A stretch of 64,000 bases of DNA, taken from Bacteroidales bacterium. Its GTDB lineage: Bacteria; Bacteroidota; Bacteroidia; Bacteroidales; GCA-2748055. Shown here in pieces: positions 27,455 through 35,141 of the stretch; position 1 is the stretch's first letter, and each line of letters starts with the position of its first letter. Position numbers and translations under genes: made by a program. The stretch covers positions 11,682 through 75,681 of the forward strand of contig JAWOHR010000067.1 of assembly GCA_046485075.1 (NCBI GenBank), given 5' to 3'. Under the pieces are notes generated by a model. The model was not told the origin of the DNA. It made no database searches and saw only the letters and a list, made by a program, of their open reading frames with translations.

Positions 27455-30370
27455 ATGAAAAGTCGGGCAGGGTTGCTCACCATAACCTTCTTCCTTGCGC
27501 TTCTCTCCTTCAGGGGAAGCGGACAGCAGTGCGTGCCGGTCTCCAAATCGAATGACATTCAGGCGAATAAGCTCTGTTCACCGGTTGACGTAGTTTACTG
27601 GGACGTCACCTATACCGGGGTGGATGCGTCTGTTTCAACAGTGAACATTTTCTTTGACTGGGATGATGGCACCACCGAAACCCTGCCCACGATCGAGTCC
27701 GCGGGAAGAACCTTTACCGCGACCGGGGTACATACTTACGTCTCGATGGAAGAGAAGTGCAATTATAAGCCGGTGGCCACCATGGTGGTGGATGGAACCC
27801 TGTGCACCTCCCAGTGGCAGGAGCAGATCGTAACCATCTGGGACGTGGATAATAAAAACGGGGCCTATGTGAATGCCAGTCCGAATGTCTTCCCGATTTG
27901 CGTGGGGAACTCGGCCACAGCAAGGTTTAATGACGACACCAGGTACAACTGTGTCCCCCCCCAGGAAAAGGACAACCGCAATGAAAGCACCCGTTGGATT
28001 CAGTGGGTTTACCGGAACTTAACCATGACTGGTACACCGGTAAGCGTGGATGGATATACAGGACCCTGGCCCTATGTCACCCCCGTCAAGACCCTTCCCG
28101 GTCCAAGCTGGGGTTCCGATGAGCAGAGCCTCCCTATATTTGTGGATGATGACAAACTGATCGGCCAGGAGTTTGAGGTGGAACTTCGATACTGGAACTA
28201 TTGCAACAAGTGGACCGAGGGCAAAGACCCTGTCATCGACAGGTCGGTGATCAGGATCGTGGGATTGCCTGATGCCACCATTGATTCCATGGGCTTTGCA
28301 TGTGAATTCGGAGGGAATGTTACACTGACAGCGGCCGACGGAGGCGGAATATGGAGTGGCCCGGGAATCATCGGCCCGTCAACGGGCACATTCTCACCTT
28401 CTGTAGCCGGCACGGGCATCCATTCCATCCACTATGAAATTATTGACCAGAATGGCTGCTCGGCGGAGGACGATGTAGACATTGAGGTCTCCGATGGACC
28501 CGATGGAACAATCACCCCTGTCGACCCTGTCTGCTATGGGGATGCCCCCTTTAACCTGGATGCCTTCACCAAACCCGGGACCTGGTCTGGTACTGGCATT
28601 ACAAACAGCACGGAGGGAACCTTTTCTTCGTCCGTGGCAGGACCGGGATCTCATAAAATCATGTACAAAACCGCACCAGATGCGGCAGGTTGCTATGGAG
28701 CCGACACCACTGTTGTGCATGTGGTGGTCCCGCCCTTTGCTGCCTTCCTGACGCCCGACTCGGCGTGGTGCATGCAGGCCGGCAACAGCTCCATGGGAAC
28801 CGTCGCTTTTTTCGGACTGGACACCACCTCTTTCGACCTGATCTATGAATCCAGGGGGCTGATCGATACCCTTTTCAGCATGACTGCAGATACCTTTGAT
28901 CTGTTCCTGAACAACATGCCGGGCGAGAACCTCTACATTCTAAAAAAGGTGATCGAGCACCATGGAACCAACTCCTGTGAAACCGTGCTGAACGACACCC
29001 TCCGGATGACGATCTTTTTCTCTCCCGTGCTCTCCTTCCAGACTGGTGATTTGGACTACTGCAGTCCGGTGGAGGTTCATTTTGAAGCTACGGAGGGTTT
29101 TAGCAATTATACCTGGGATTTCGGGGATGGCAAACGTGCGGAAAGCTTCTCCAACCTGGTATCCCACACCTTCACCTTTGATTACGCCGATAACATGATC
29201 ATTCACGAGGGTGATACCCTTTACGATCTGACCAGGGAAGATACACTGTTCCATATAATGATCCAGGCCGAAACTGCCGATGGATGCATGAGCTATTATC
29301 AGGACAGCATCCCGGTCTATCCGAATCCAACGGCCGACTTCTTTGTTTCACCTATGTTGCAAAGCCATCCCGATTCGCTGGTATACCTGATCAACCTCAC
29401 ATCTGTCGGTCCATGGAAATACCATTGGGATTTCTCAGATGAAACCACCAGTGACCTGAAGGATCCAAACCAGCATATCTTTAATACCTGGGGGATCTAC
29501 GATATAACCCTCACTTCATATAGTGAACACTGTTCCGATGCCATAACCAGGAGTGTCCAGATCCTGCCCCCACCGCCCGAAGCGCTTTTTATCCCGGAAA
29601 CCGCCGGATGTCCGCCTCTCAATGTCCAGTTCTTCAATGACAGCCGGTACGCCGACACCTACATCTGGGACTTTGATGACGGCAAATTTTCAACTGAACC
29701 CGATCCGACACATACTTTCTATGACAGCAGGGAATACAGGGTCAGACTTTTAGCCTACGGGCTCTCCGGATCCGATACAGCAGAACAGACCATCCTGGTT
29801 TACGAGCGACCGGTGGCAGTATTTGACGCCTATCCCAAGGAATCCAGGAACCTGAAACAGGTCTTTAAATTCACAAATAACTCTGTCGGCGCTCATTATT
29901 ACCTCTGGGACTTTGGTGACGGGAATATAACCTCGGAGGAAGAACCTGCCCATATCTATGAGGACTCCGGCACCTATACCGTAACGCTCTATGTATGGAG
30001 CGAACAGGATTGTGCCGACACCCTGGTTCACGAACACCTGATCACTGTAAGGGCTGGTGAGGGCTCCATTCAATTCCCCAATGCATTTGTATGGAATGGG
30101 TCCGGACCAACAGGCGGACACTGGACGGAGGGGACCATCGACAACACCGTATTCCATCCGGAGGTTATCAATGCAACCACATTCCGGATGATTATTTACA
30201 CACGCTGGGGAGAGCAGATTTTCGAATCAAACGACCTGTACATTGGTTGGGACGGCTATATACATGGAGGGACACTGGCCACGGAGGGAGTCTACGTATG
30301 GAAGGCCTGGGTCAAGTATGTGGATGGCTTTGAAGAGATCCTGGCGGGCGATATCACCTTTCTACACTAA
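27455..30370 (+). CDS. Large PKD/Ig-like repeat protein with T9SS type-B (gliding-motility-associated) C-terminal sorting domain
   Basis: 971-aa ORF with a signal peptide. It has repeated PKD-like motifs (WDFGDG.., WDFSDET, WDFDDGK). The C-terminal about 90 aa (FPNAF..IYTRWGEQIFES..WDG..GVYVW) match the type-B CTD pattern. Confidence 0.75.
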   Translation: MKSRAGLLTITFFLALLSFRGSGQQCVPVSKSNDIQANKLCSPVDVVYWDVTYTGVDASVSTVNIFFDWDDGTTETLPTIESAGRTFTATGVHTYVSMEEKCNYKPVATMVVDGTLCTSQWQEQIVTIWDVDNKNGAYVNASPNVFPICVGNSATARFNDDTRYNCVPPQEKDNRNESTRWIQWVYRNLTMTGTPVSVDGYTGPWPYVTPVKTLPGPSWGSDEQSLPIFVDDDKLIGQEFEVELRYWNYCNKWTEGKDPVIDRSVIRIVGLPDATIDSMGFACEFGGNVTLTAADGGGIWSGPGIIGPSTGTFSPSVAGTGIHSIHYEIIDQNGCSAEDDVDIEVSDGPDGTITPVDPVCYGDAPFNLDAFTKPGTWSGTGITNSTEGTFSSSVAGPGSHKIMYKTAPDAAGCYGADTTVVHVVVPPFAAFLTPDSAWCMQAGNSSMGTVAFFGLDTTSFDLIYESRGLIDTLFSMTADTFDLFLNNMPGENLYILKKVIEHHGTNSCETVLNDTLRMTIFFSPVLSFQTGDLDYCSPVEVHFEATEGFSNYTWDFGDGKRAESFSNLVSHTFTFDYADNMIIHEGDTLYDLTREDTLFHIMIQAETADGCMSYYQDSIPVYPNPTADFFVSPMLQSHPDSLVYLINLTSVGPWKYHWDFSDETTSDLKDPNQHIFNTWGIYDITLTSYSEHCSDAITRSVQILPPPPEALFIPETAGCPPLNVQFFNDSRYADTYIWDFDDGKFSTEPDPTHTFYDSREYRVRLLAYGLSGSDTAEQTILVYERPVAVFDAYPKESRNLKQVFKFTNNSVGAHYYLWDFGDGNITSEEEPAHIYEDSGTYTVTLYVWSEQDCADTLVHEHLITVRAGEGSIQFPNAFVWNGSGPTGGHWTEGTIDNTVFHPEVINATTFRMIIYTRWGEQIFESNDLYIGWDGYIHGGTLATEGVYVWKAWVKYVDGFEEILAGDITFLH

Positions 30371-30383
30371 TCCCTTTTCCCCT

Positions 30384-31418
30384 ATGAAACTGGTCATTCC
30401 ACCCAATTACCGATCTGTGCTGAACCTGAAGGAGTCTGAAAAAGCCATTAAGCTGATCAAGGATTTCTTTGAAATGAACCTCGCAGCAGAACTTAAGCTC
30501 AGGCGGGTGACTGCGCCCCTGTTCGTTCAAAGGGGTACAGGGATCAACGATGACCTGAACGGCACCGAGCGGCCTGTATCCTTCGAAGTGAAGGATATGG
30601 AGGGTACCACTGCCGAGATCGTACACTCACTGGCCAAGTGGAAAAGAATGATGCTGGCCGACTATGAGATTGCCAACGGTTACGGGATCTATACCGATAT
30701 GAATGCCTTGCGGCCCGATGAGGAGCTGGATAACCTGCACTCGATCTATGTGGACCAGTGGGACTGGGAGAAAATTCTTATGCCCGAAGAACGGACCTTG
30801 AACTACCTGAAGAAAATTGTAAACTCCATCTACTCGGTGATCAAACGGACCGAATTTATCGTCTATGAAAATCACCCTGAGATCATTCCCGAGTTACCCG
30901 AAGATATCCATTTCATCCACGCAGAGGAGCTTCTTGACCGGTATCCTCACCTGGATCCGAAGGCCAGGGAGCATGAAATAGTGCGTGAATACGGGGCTGT
31001 ATTTATTATCGGTATCGGCGGTGCACTCAAGGATGGCAAACCTCACGATGGAAGGGCTCCCGATTATGACGACTGGTCGACTGTATCCGAAAATGGATAC
31101 AGGGGTCTGAACGGGGATATTGTGGTATGGAATCCTGTTCTTGAATGCGCATTTGAACTATCGTCCATGGGAATCAGGGTGGACCGGGAGGCCTTACTCA
31201 GGCAACTGGATATTCAGGGGAAACCGGAACGCAAAGAGCTTTTGTTCCACAAAAGGCTGCTGGGCGGAGAGTACCCTGAAGCGGTGGGTGGAGGAATCGG
31301 ACAGTCACGACTCTGTATGTACTTCCTGAGGAAAGCGCATATTGGAGAGGTTCAGGCCAGCCTGTGGCCGGGACAGATGCATGACCATTGCCGGAAATCA
31401 GGTATCATCCTTATGTAA
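30384..31418 (+). CDS. asnA: Aspartate-ammonia ligase (asparagine synthetase A)
   Basis: The ORF track starts at 30243, inside the upstream gene. The Met at 30384 gives a 344-aa protein with an AsnA-like N-terminus (MKLVIPPNYRSVLNLKESEKAIKLIKDFFE) and class-II aaRS-like core motifs. Confidence 0.86.
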   Translation: MKLVIPPNYRSVLNLKESEKAIKLIKDFFEMNLAAELKLRRVTAPLFVQRGTGINDDLNGTERPVSFEVKDMEGTTAEIVHSLAKWKRMMLADYEIANGYGIYTDMNALRPDEELDNLHSIYVDQWDWEKILMPEERTLNYLKKIVNSIYSVIKRTEFIVYENHPEIIPELPEDIHFIHAEELLDRYPHLDPKAREHEIVREYGAVFIIGIGGALKDGKPHDGRAPDYDDWSTVSENGYRGLNGDIVVWNPVLECAFELSSMGIRVDREALLRQLDIQGKPERKELLFHKRLLGGEYPEAVGGGIGQSRLCMYFLRKAHIGEVQASLWPGQMHDHCRKSGIILM

Positions 31419-31429
31419 GTGATCCTCTT

Positions 31430-32767
31430 ATGCTGCTCATTGGCCTGATCATTCTCTCGGTTGTTCTCATTGTCATTGCCACAAGTAAATTTAAGGTACA
31501 TCCTTTCCTGGCACTGCTGTTTGTGGCTGTGTTTTTCGGTCTCGCATCCGGAATGCCCCTTCGGTCCATTGTCCAGTCCATCAATGATGGTTTTGGCAGG
31601 ACCATTGGTTCAATAGGCATTGTGATCATCGCCGGGGTAATCATCGGAACCTTCCTGGAACAGTCTGGCGGCGCCTATGCAATGGCCAGCAGAATCCTGC
31701 AAATTACCGGTAGAAAACAGGTCCCCCTGACCATGTCGATCATTGGCTTCTTTGTCTCGATCCCGGTATTTGCCGACTCGGGATTTGTAATCCTCTCGCC
31801 ACTGAATAAAGCACTTTCAAAAGAAGCAAAAATCTCCCTGGCCGGTTCAGCTTCTGCCCTGGTCCTGGGTTTATCTGTAACCCATGTACTTGTACCACCC
31901 ACCCCCGGGCCCATTGCAGCAGCCGGAATTCTTGAAGCCGATCTGGGGTTGGTGATCTTGCTGGGGATCATCACCAGCATTCCTGTAATGTTGGTGGGAT
32001 GGCTCTATGCCTCCAAAATTGCATCCCGTGTTTACATTGACCCGGATCCCGAAATAACCCCTGCAGAGATTGAGGAGAAACTCAAGACGGCTCCCTCTGC
32101 ATTCAAATCATTCCTCCCTATTCTACTGCCCATCCTTTTAATTGTTCTCAAATCGGTTTCAGATTTTCCAACCACTCCTTTTGGAAGCGGTTTAATGAAG
32201 GATATCATCGGCTTCATTGGCGAACCGGTGATCGCCCTGATGATCGGAATCCTCATCGCATTTACCCTTCCCAGAAAATTTGACCGTGGGATGTTATCTA
32301 CCACAGGATGGGTGGGGAAAGCGCTTCAAAGTGCAGCCATTATCATTTTGATTACCGGGGCCGGAGGGGCTTTTGGCATGGTTTTGAGAAACTCGGGAAT
32401 AGCCGATGTAATGGGCGAATCACTGTCGGGCATAAGAATCGGGATCCTGCTCCCCTTTCTCATTGCAGCAGCCCTGAAGAGTGCCCAGGGTTCTTCCACC
32501 GTATCATTGATCACTACAGCTTCGCTGGTAGCACCCATCATGATCGCCCTCGGTTTTGACACCCCCATGGCCAGGGCCCTTGTGGTTCTTTCCATCGGTG
32601 CTGGTTCACTGGTTGTATCCCATGCGAACGACAGCATGTTCTGGATCTTCACCCAGATGACCAACATGAGCGTTAGACAGGGGTTCAGAATTCACACCCT
32701 GGGAACCCTTGTGCTTGGTTGTTCAGCTGCACTGGTCATCTGGCTCATGAGCCTGTTCCTTCTTTGA
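31430..32767 (+). CDS. GntP family (gluconate:H+ symporter-type) permease
   Basis: The ORF track starts at 31388. The Met at 31430 avoids overlap with asnA. The protein is about 445 aa and polytopic, with GntP-like conserved stretches (FADSGFVILSPL, GSLVVSHANDSMFW). Confidence 0.83.
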   Translation: MLLIGLIILSVVLIVIATSKFKVHPFLALLFVAVFFGLASGMPLRSIVQSINDGFGRTIGSIGIVIIAGVIIGTFLEQSGGAYAMASRILQITGRKQVPLTMSIIGFFVSIPVFADSGFVILSPLNKALSKEAKISLAGSASALVLGLSVTHVLVPPTPGPIAAAGILEADLGLVILLGIITSIPVMLVGWLYASKIASRVYIDPDPEITPAEIEEKLKTAPSAFKSFLPILLPILLIVLKSVSDFPTTPFGSGLMKDIIGFIGEPVIALMIGILIAFTLPRKFDRGMLSTTGWVGKALQSAAIIILITGAGGAFGMVLRNSGIADVMGESLSGIRIGILLPFLIAAALKSAQGSSTVSLITTASLVAPIMIALGFDTPMARALVVLSIGAGSLVVSHANDSMFWIFTQMTNMSVRQGFRIHTLGTLVLGCSAALVIWLMSLFLL

Positions 32768-33014
32768 GCCTGATTTCTTCCCCCAATCCTATGAATTTAC
32801 CGGTCTATTTCCCTGCATTCGCAGGAAACATTATTTAGTATAATTATAAATTATTGAAAAATACTATGGTATTAAAGCGGAATTTGACCCGAAATGCCTG
32901 AAACCGGTAAAAACTTAGATTTAAGGGAACTTTTCAAGCCATTTCAAGCCAAGGAGTTTTGGCGCTGAAGCGGAATAGATAATATGTTATTATTTGATTT
33001 ATAGCACTTTATGG

Positions 33015-33045
33015 TTTGTAAAGTCTTTTTCGAATTATATATTTG
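33015..33045 (+). promoter_or_regulatory. Bacteroidota sigma-A-type promoter candidate (-33 TTTG / -7 TATATTTG) for the first gene of the polysaccharide utilisation locus
   Basis: TTTG at 33015-33018 and TATATTTG at 33038-33045 are separated by a 19-nt spacer, about 65 nt upstream of the ATG at 33111. They lie in a 343-bp AT-rich intergenic region. Confidence 0.45.
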
Positions 33046-33110
33046 TTTCGGGTAAACTATAAAATCAAACCTCACCCGTATAAACAATTTTTCTAACTAA
33101 AAAAGGTACT

Positions 33111-35021
33111 ATGAAATCAAAACTACGATTCACAACCATGATGGTGGCTCTGATCATGGTATTGGGTATGACCAATGCCATTGCTCAATTTGAAATCGGG
33201 CAGGCAGCAGCCTCTCCCACCATCGACGGAACCATTGATGCATCCTGGGAATCCCTGGCCATGTATGTCGGGGTGGACCCAACCACCTGGACTCCCAATC
33301 CGGACCTTAAGAGTCTTGCCGACTGCTCATTTAAATGGACCGCAGTCTGGGATGCCGACAGCCTCTATATTCTGGCCATTATTAAAGACGATATCACCAC
33401 CACCGGCTCACAGGCTGAAGGAAGTGCAGCGATTCAATGGATGAATGACAACGTGGAGATTGCCATTTCCGATCCTGCAGGAAGCGGTAACACCGTTTTC
33501 TTCAGGTTCGGCTACGGAAGGGCACCCGAAGCCCTGGGTCAGCTTGACGGAAAACCTACTCCGGATGGAGCCAACTATGCCACGGCCGACTCAGACGACG
33601 GCTGGATCATGGAGGCTGCCATTCCATGGGCCAACCTTTCCAGTGACACCGTTGATTTCTCTGCCTATCCTGCCATCGACCTCATGCTGAATATGAATCT
33701 GTATGTGGCCGACCTGGATGATCCTGAAGGTTCCTCCTGGGATCAGCTCAGCGGACACGTGCAGTGGCCATGGGGCTGGGGAGCAACCGATGTGAAACTG
33801 GTTGCCACAGCTACAGTTGACAATGAGGCACCGGCAGCTGTTACCGGCCTGGCTTCAGCCAATGTGACTTATAATTCCGCCGATCTGAGCTGGGATGCAT
33901 CGGGAGATGCCGATGTGATTGGTTACCTCGTCCTGGCCAACGATGCCCCAAAGGCATATGTCAGGGGAGCAACACAGATCTCCCTTGCCGGCCTTGCCCA
34001 GGAGACCGCCTTTAACATCAGTGTGATAGCCGTAGACGGACAAAACCTTTCCTCCGGTTCCTCCACCGATTTCACCACCGGGACCCCTCCGGTTCCGCTC
34101 GACCTGGATGTGGACTACTATACGGGAGGTTTTGCCACCCCGTTTGAAGACCTCGATTACATGGATGCACTGACTGCCCAACCCTTTGGATATCACTATG
34201 GAGATGCAAATGTGGATGAGATGGACCTGGCCGCAAATATGAAAGTTGCCTGGACCACCGCGGGTCTCTTTATGCAGGTCAATGTGATCGATGAAAGTAT
34301 CCTGAATGGATCCGAAAACGGATGGGAAAATGACAACTGCGAATACCATTTCGATATGGGTGCGGAAAGGGATGGTTCTTCCACCGAAGATGCCTTTGAA
34401 AATTACGACCCCAATAACTTCCAGTACAGGGCCATTCCGCAATCAGCAGCTCAAACCGGCTCCACCCCGGCTCCCGACTGGACAGGTGTAACCATGGCAA
34501 CCTACGATAACTATGGCGACGGCGTGGATGTGATCGGGTATACCCTTGAGGTGAGCTGGCCATGGGCCGCTCTGAATGCCTCCAGTGGTCTCACCCTGGT
34601 CCCTGCCGACGGAGCTAAATTTGCTTTTGACCCGAAAGTAAGTGACAAAGATGAAGATGGATCCGTTGCAACGGTTACCTGGAGCAGTTATACACACGAT
34701 GAACAGTATAAAAATGATGCCGAATTCGGGATGATCACCCTGAAGGGAGGTCCCACCGGGATGAACGACCCTGCTTTCATGAACGGGATCAAGCTCTACC
34801 CAAATCCTGCTAGAAATTTTGCAACCATCAGCTTCAAATCGGCTTTCACAGGTTCAGTGACAGTAATCGATGTGACCGGCAAGGTTGTTGTGACCAGGAA
34901 CCTGCAGAGTGTCTCAGGCGAAGTAAATCTGGATGTAAGCGAGCTTTCAAGGGGACTTTATGTTGTCTCTTTTGAAAATGAGTCGGGTGAACGTAACGCC
35001 ACCAAACTGATTTTGAAATAG
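33111..35021 (+). CDS. T9SS-secreted non-catalytic glycan-binding protein (two CBM9-like modules + Fn3 + type-A CTD)
   Basis: 636-aa ORF with a signal peptide. It has two modules with the CBM9-like/DOMON-like pattern (ASPTIDG..W.......W.AVWDADSLYILA..KDD, and a second one at about aa 330-540). An Fn3-like segment lies between them. The C-terminus (LYPNPARNFATISF...GLYVVSF...KLILK) matches the Por secretion tail. Confidence 0.72.
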   Translation: MKSKLRFTTMMVALIMVLGMTNAIAQFEIGQAAASPTIDGTIDASWESLAMYVGVDPTTWTPNPDLKSLADCSFKWTAVWDADSLYILAIIKDDITTTGSQAEGSAAIQWMNDNVEIAISDPAGSGNTVFFRFGYGRAPEALGQLDGKPTPDGANYATADSDDGWIMEAAIPWANLSSDTVDFSAYPAIDLMLNMNLYVADLDDPEGSSWDQLSGHVQWPWGWGATDVKLVATATVDNEAPAAVTGLASANVTYNSADLSWDASGDADVIGYLVLANDAPKAYVRGATQISLAGLAQETAFNISVIAVDGQNLSSGSSTDFTTGTPPVPLDLDVDYYTGGFATPFEDLDYMDALTAQPFGYHYGDANVDEMDLAANMKVAWTTAGLFMQVNVIDESILNGSENGWENDNCEYHFDMGAERDGSSTEDAFENYDPNNFQYRAIPQSAAQTGSTPAPDWTGVTMATYDNYGDGVDVIGYTLEVSWPWAALNASSGLTLVPADGAKFAFDPKVSDKDEDGSVATVTWSSYTHDEQYKNDAEFGMITLKGGPTGMNDPAFMNGIKLYPNPARNFATISFKSAFTGSVTVIDVTGKVVVTRNLQSVSGEVNLDVSELSRGLYVVSFENESGERNATKLILK

Positions 35022-35043
35022 ATCAAGTTTCATTAACACTTTG

Positions 35044-35075
35044 ATCCTGCCCAACCCGAACGGGTTGGGCAGGAT
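35044..35075 (+). terminator. Strong stem-loop terminator candidate
   Basis: ATCCTGCCCAACCCG-aa-CGGGTTGGGCAGGAT has perfect 15-nt arms. It lies 23 nt after the stop at 35021 and is followed by a T-rich tract (TTTGTTTTT). Confidence 0.7.
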
Positions 35076-35089
35076 TTCATCAGTTTGTT

Positions 35090-35119
35090 TTTGCATCCCT
35101 TTTTCGCTCTTTAAGTTTG
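35090..35119 (+). promoter_or_regulatory. Bacteroidota promoter candidate (-33 TTTG / -7 TAAGTTTG)
   Basis: TTTG at 35090-35093 and TAAGTTTG at 35112-35119 are separated by an 18-nt spacer, 23 nt upstream of the ATG at 35142. Confidence 0.45.
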
Positions 35120-35141
35120 ATCAGCGGAAAGCATCAATCAT

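Noticed and set aside
30243-30383. N-terminal extensions suggested by the ORF track for asnA. The same applies to 31388-31429 (GntP), 45326-45379 (GH42), 52608-52760 (GH2-like), 61004-61150 (GH5) and 15923-15988 (symporter).
   Set aside because: These extensions overlap the preceding genes and encode non-homologous leader sequence. Internal Met codons give canonical N-termini or signal peptides, with minimal or ATGA-type overlaps.
32791-32838. 15-codon mini-ORF (MNLPVYFPAFAGNII) in the leader region of the locus
   Set aside because: It overlaps the weak hairpin downstream of the GntP gene. There is no evidence of translation signals or conservation, so it is most likely fortuitous.
32875-32976. 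9-bp direct repeat AAGCGGAAT (32875-32883 and 32968-32976)
   Set aside because: A 9-mer recurring once within a 343-bp region is expected by chance with appreciable probability (roughly 0.2), so it is not reported as a site.
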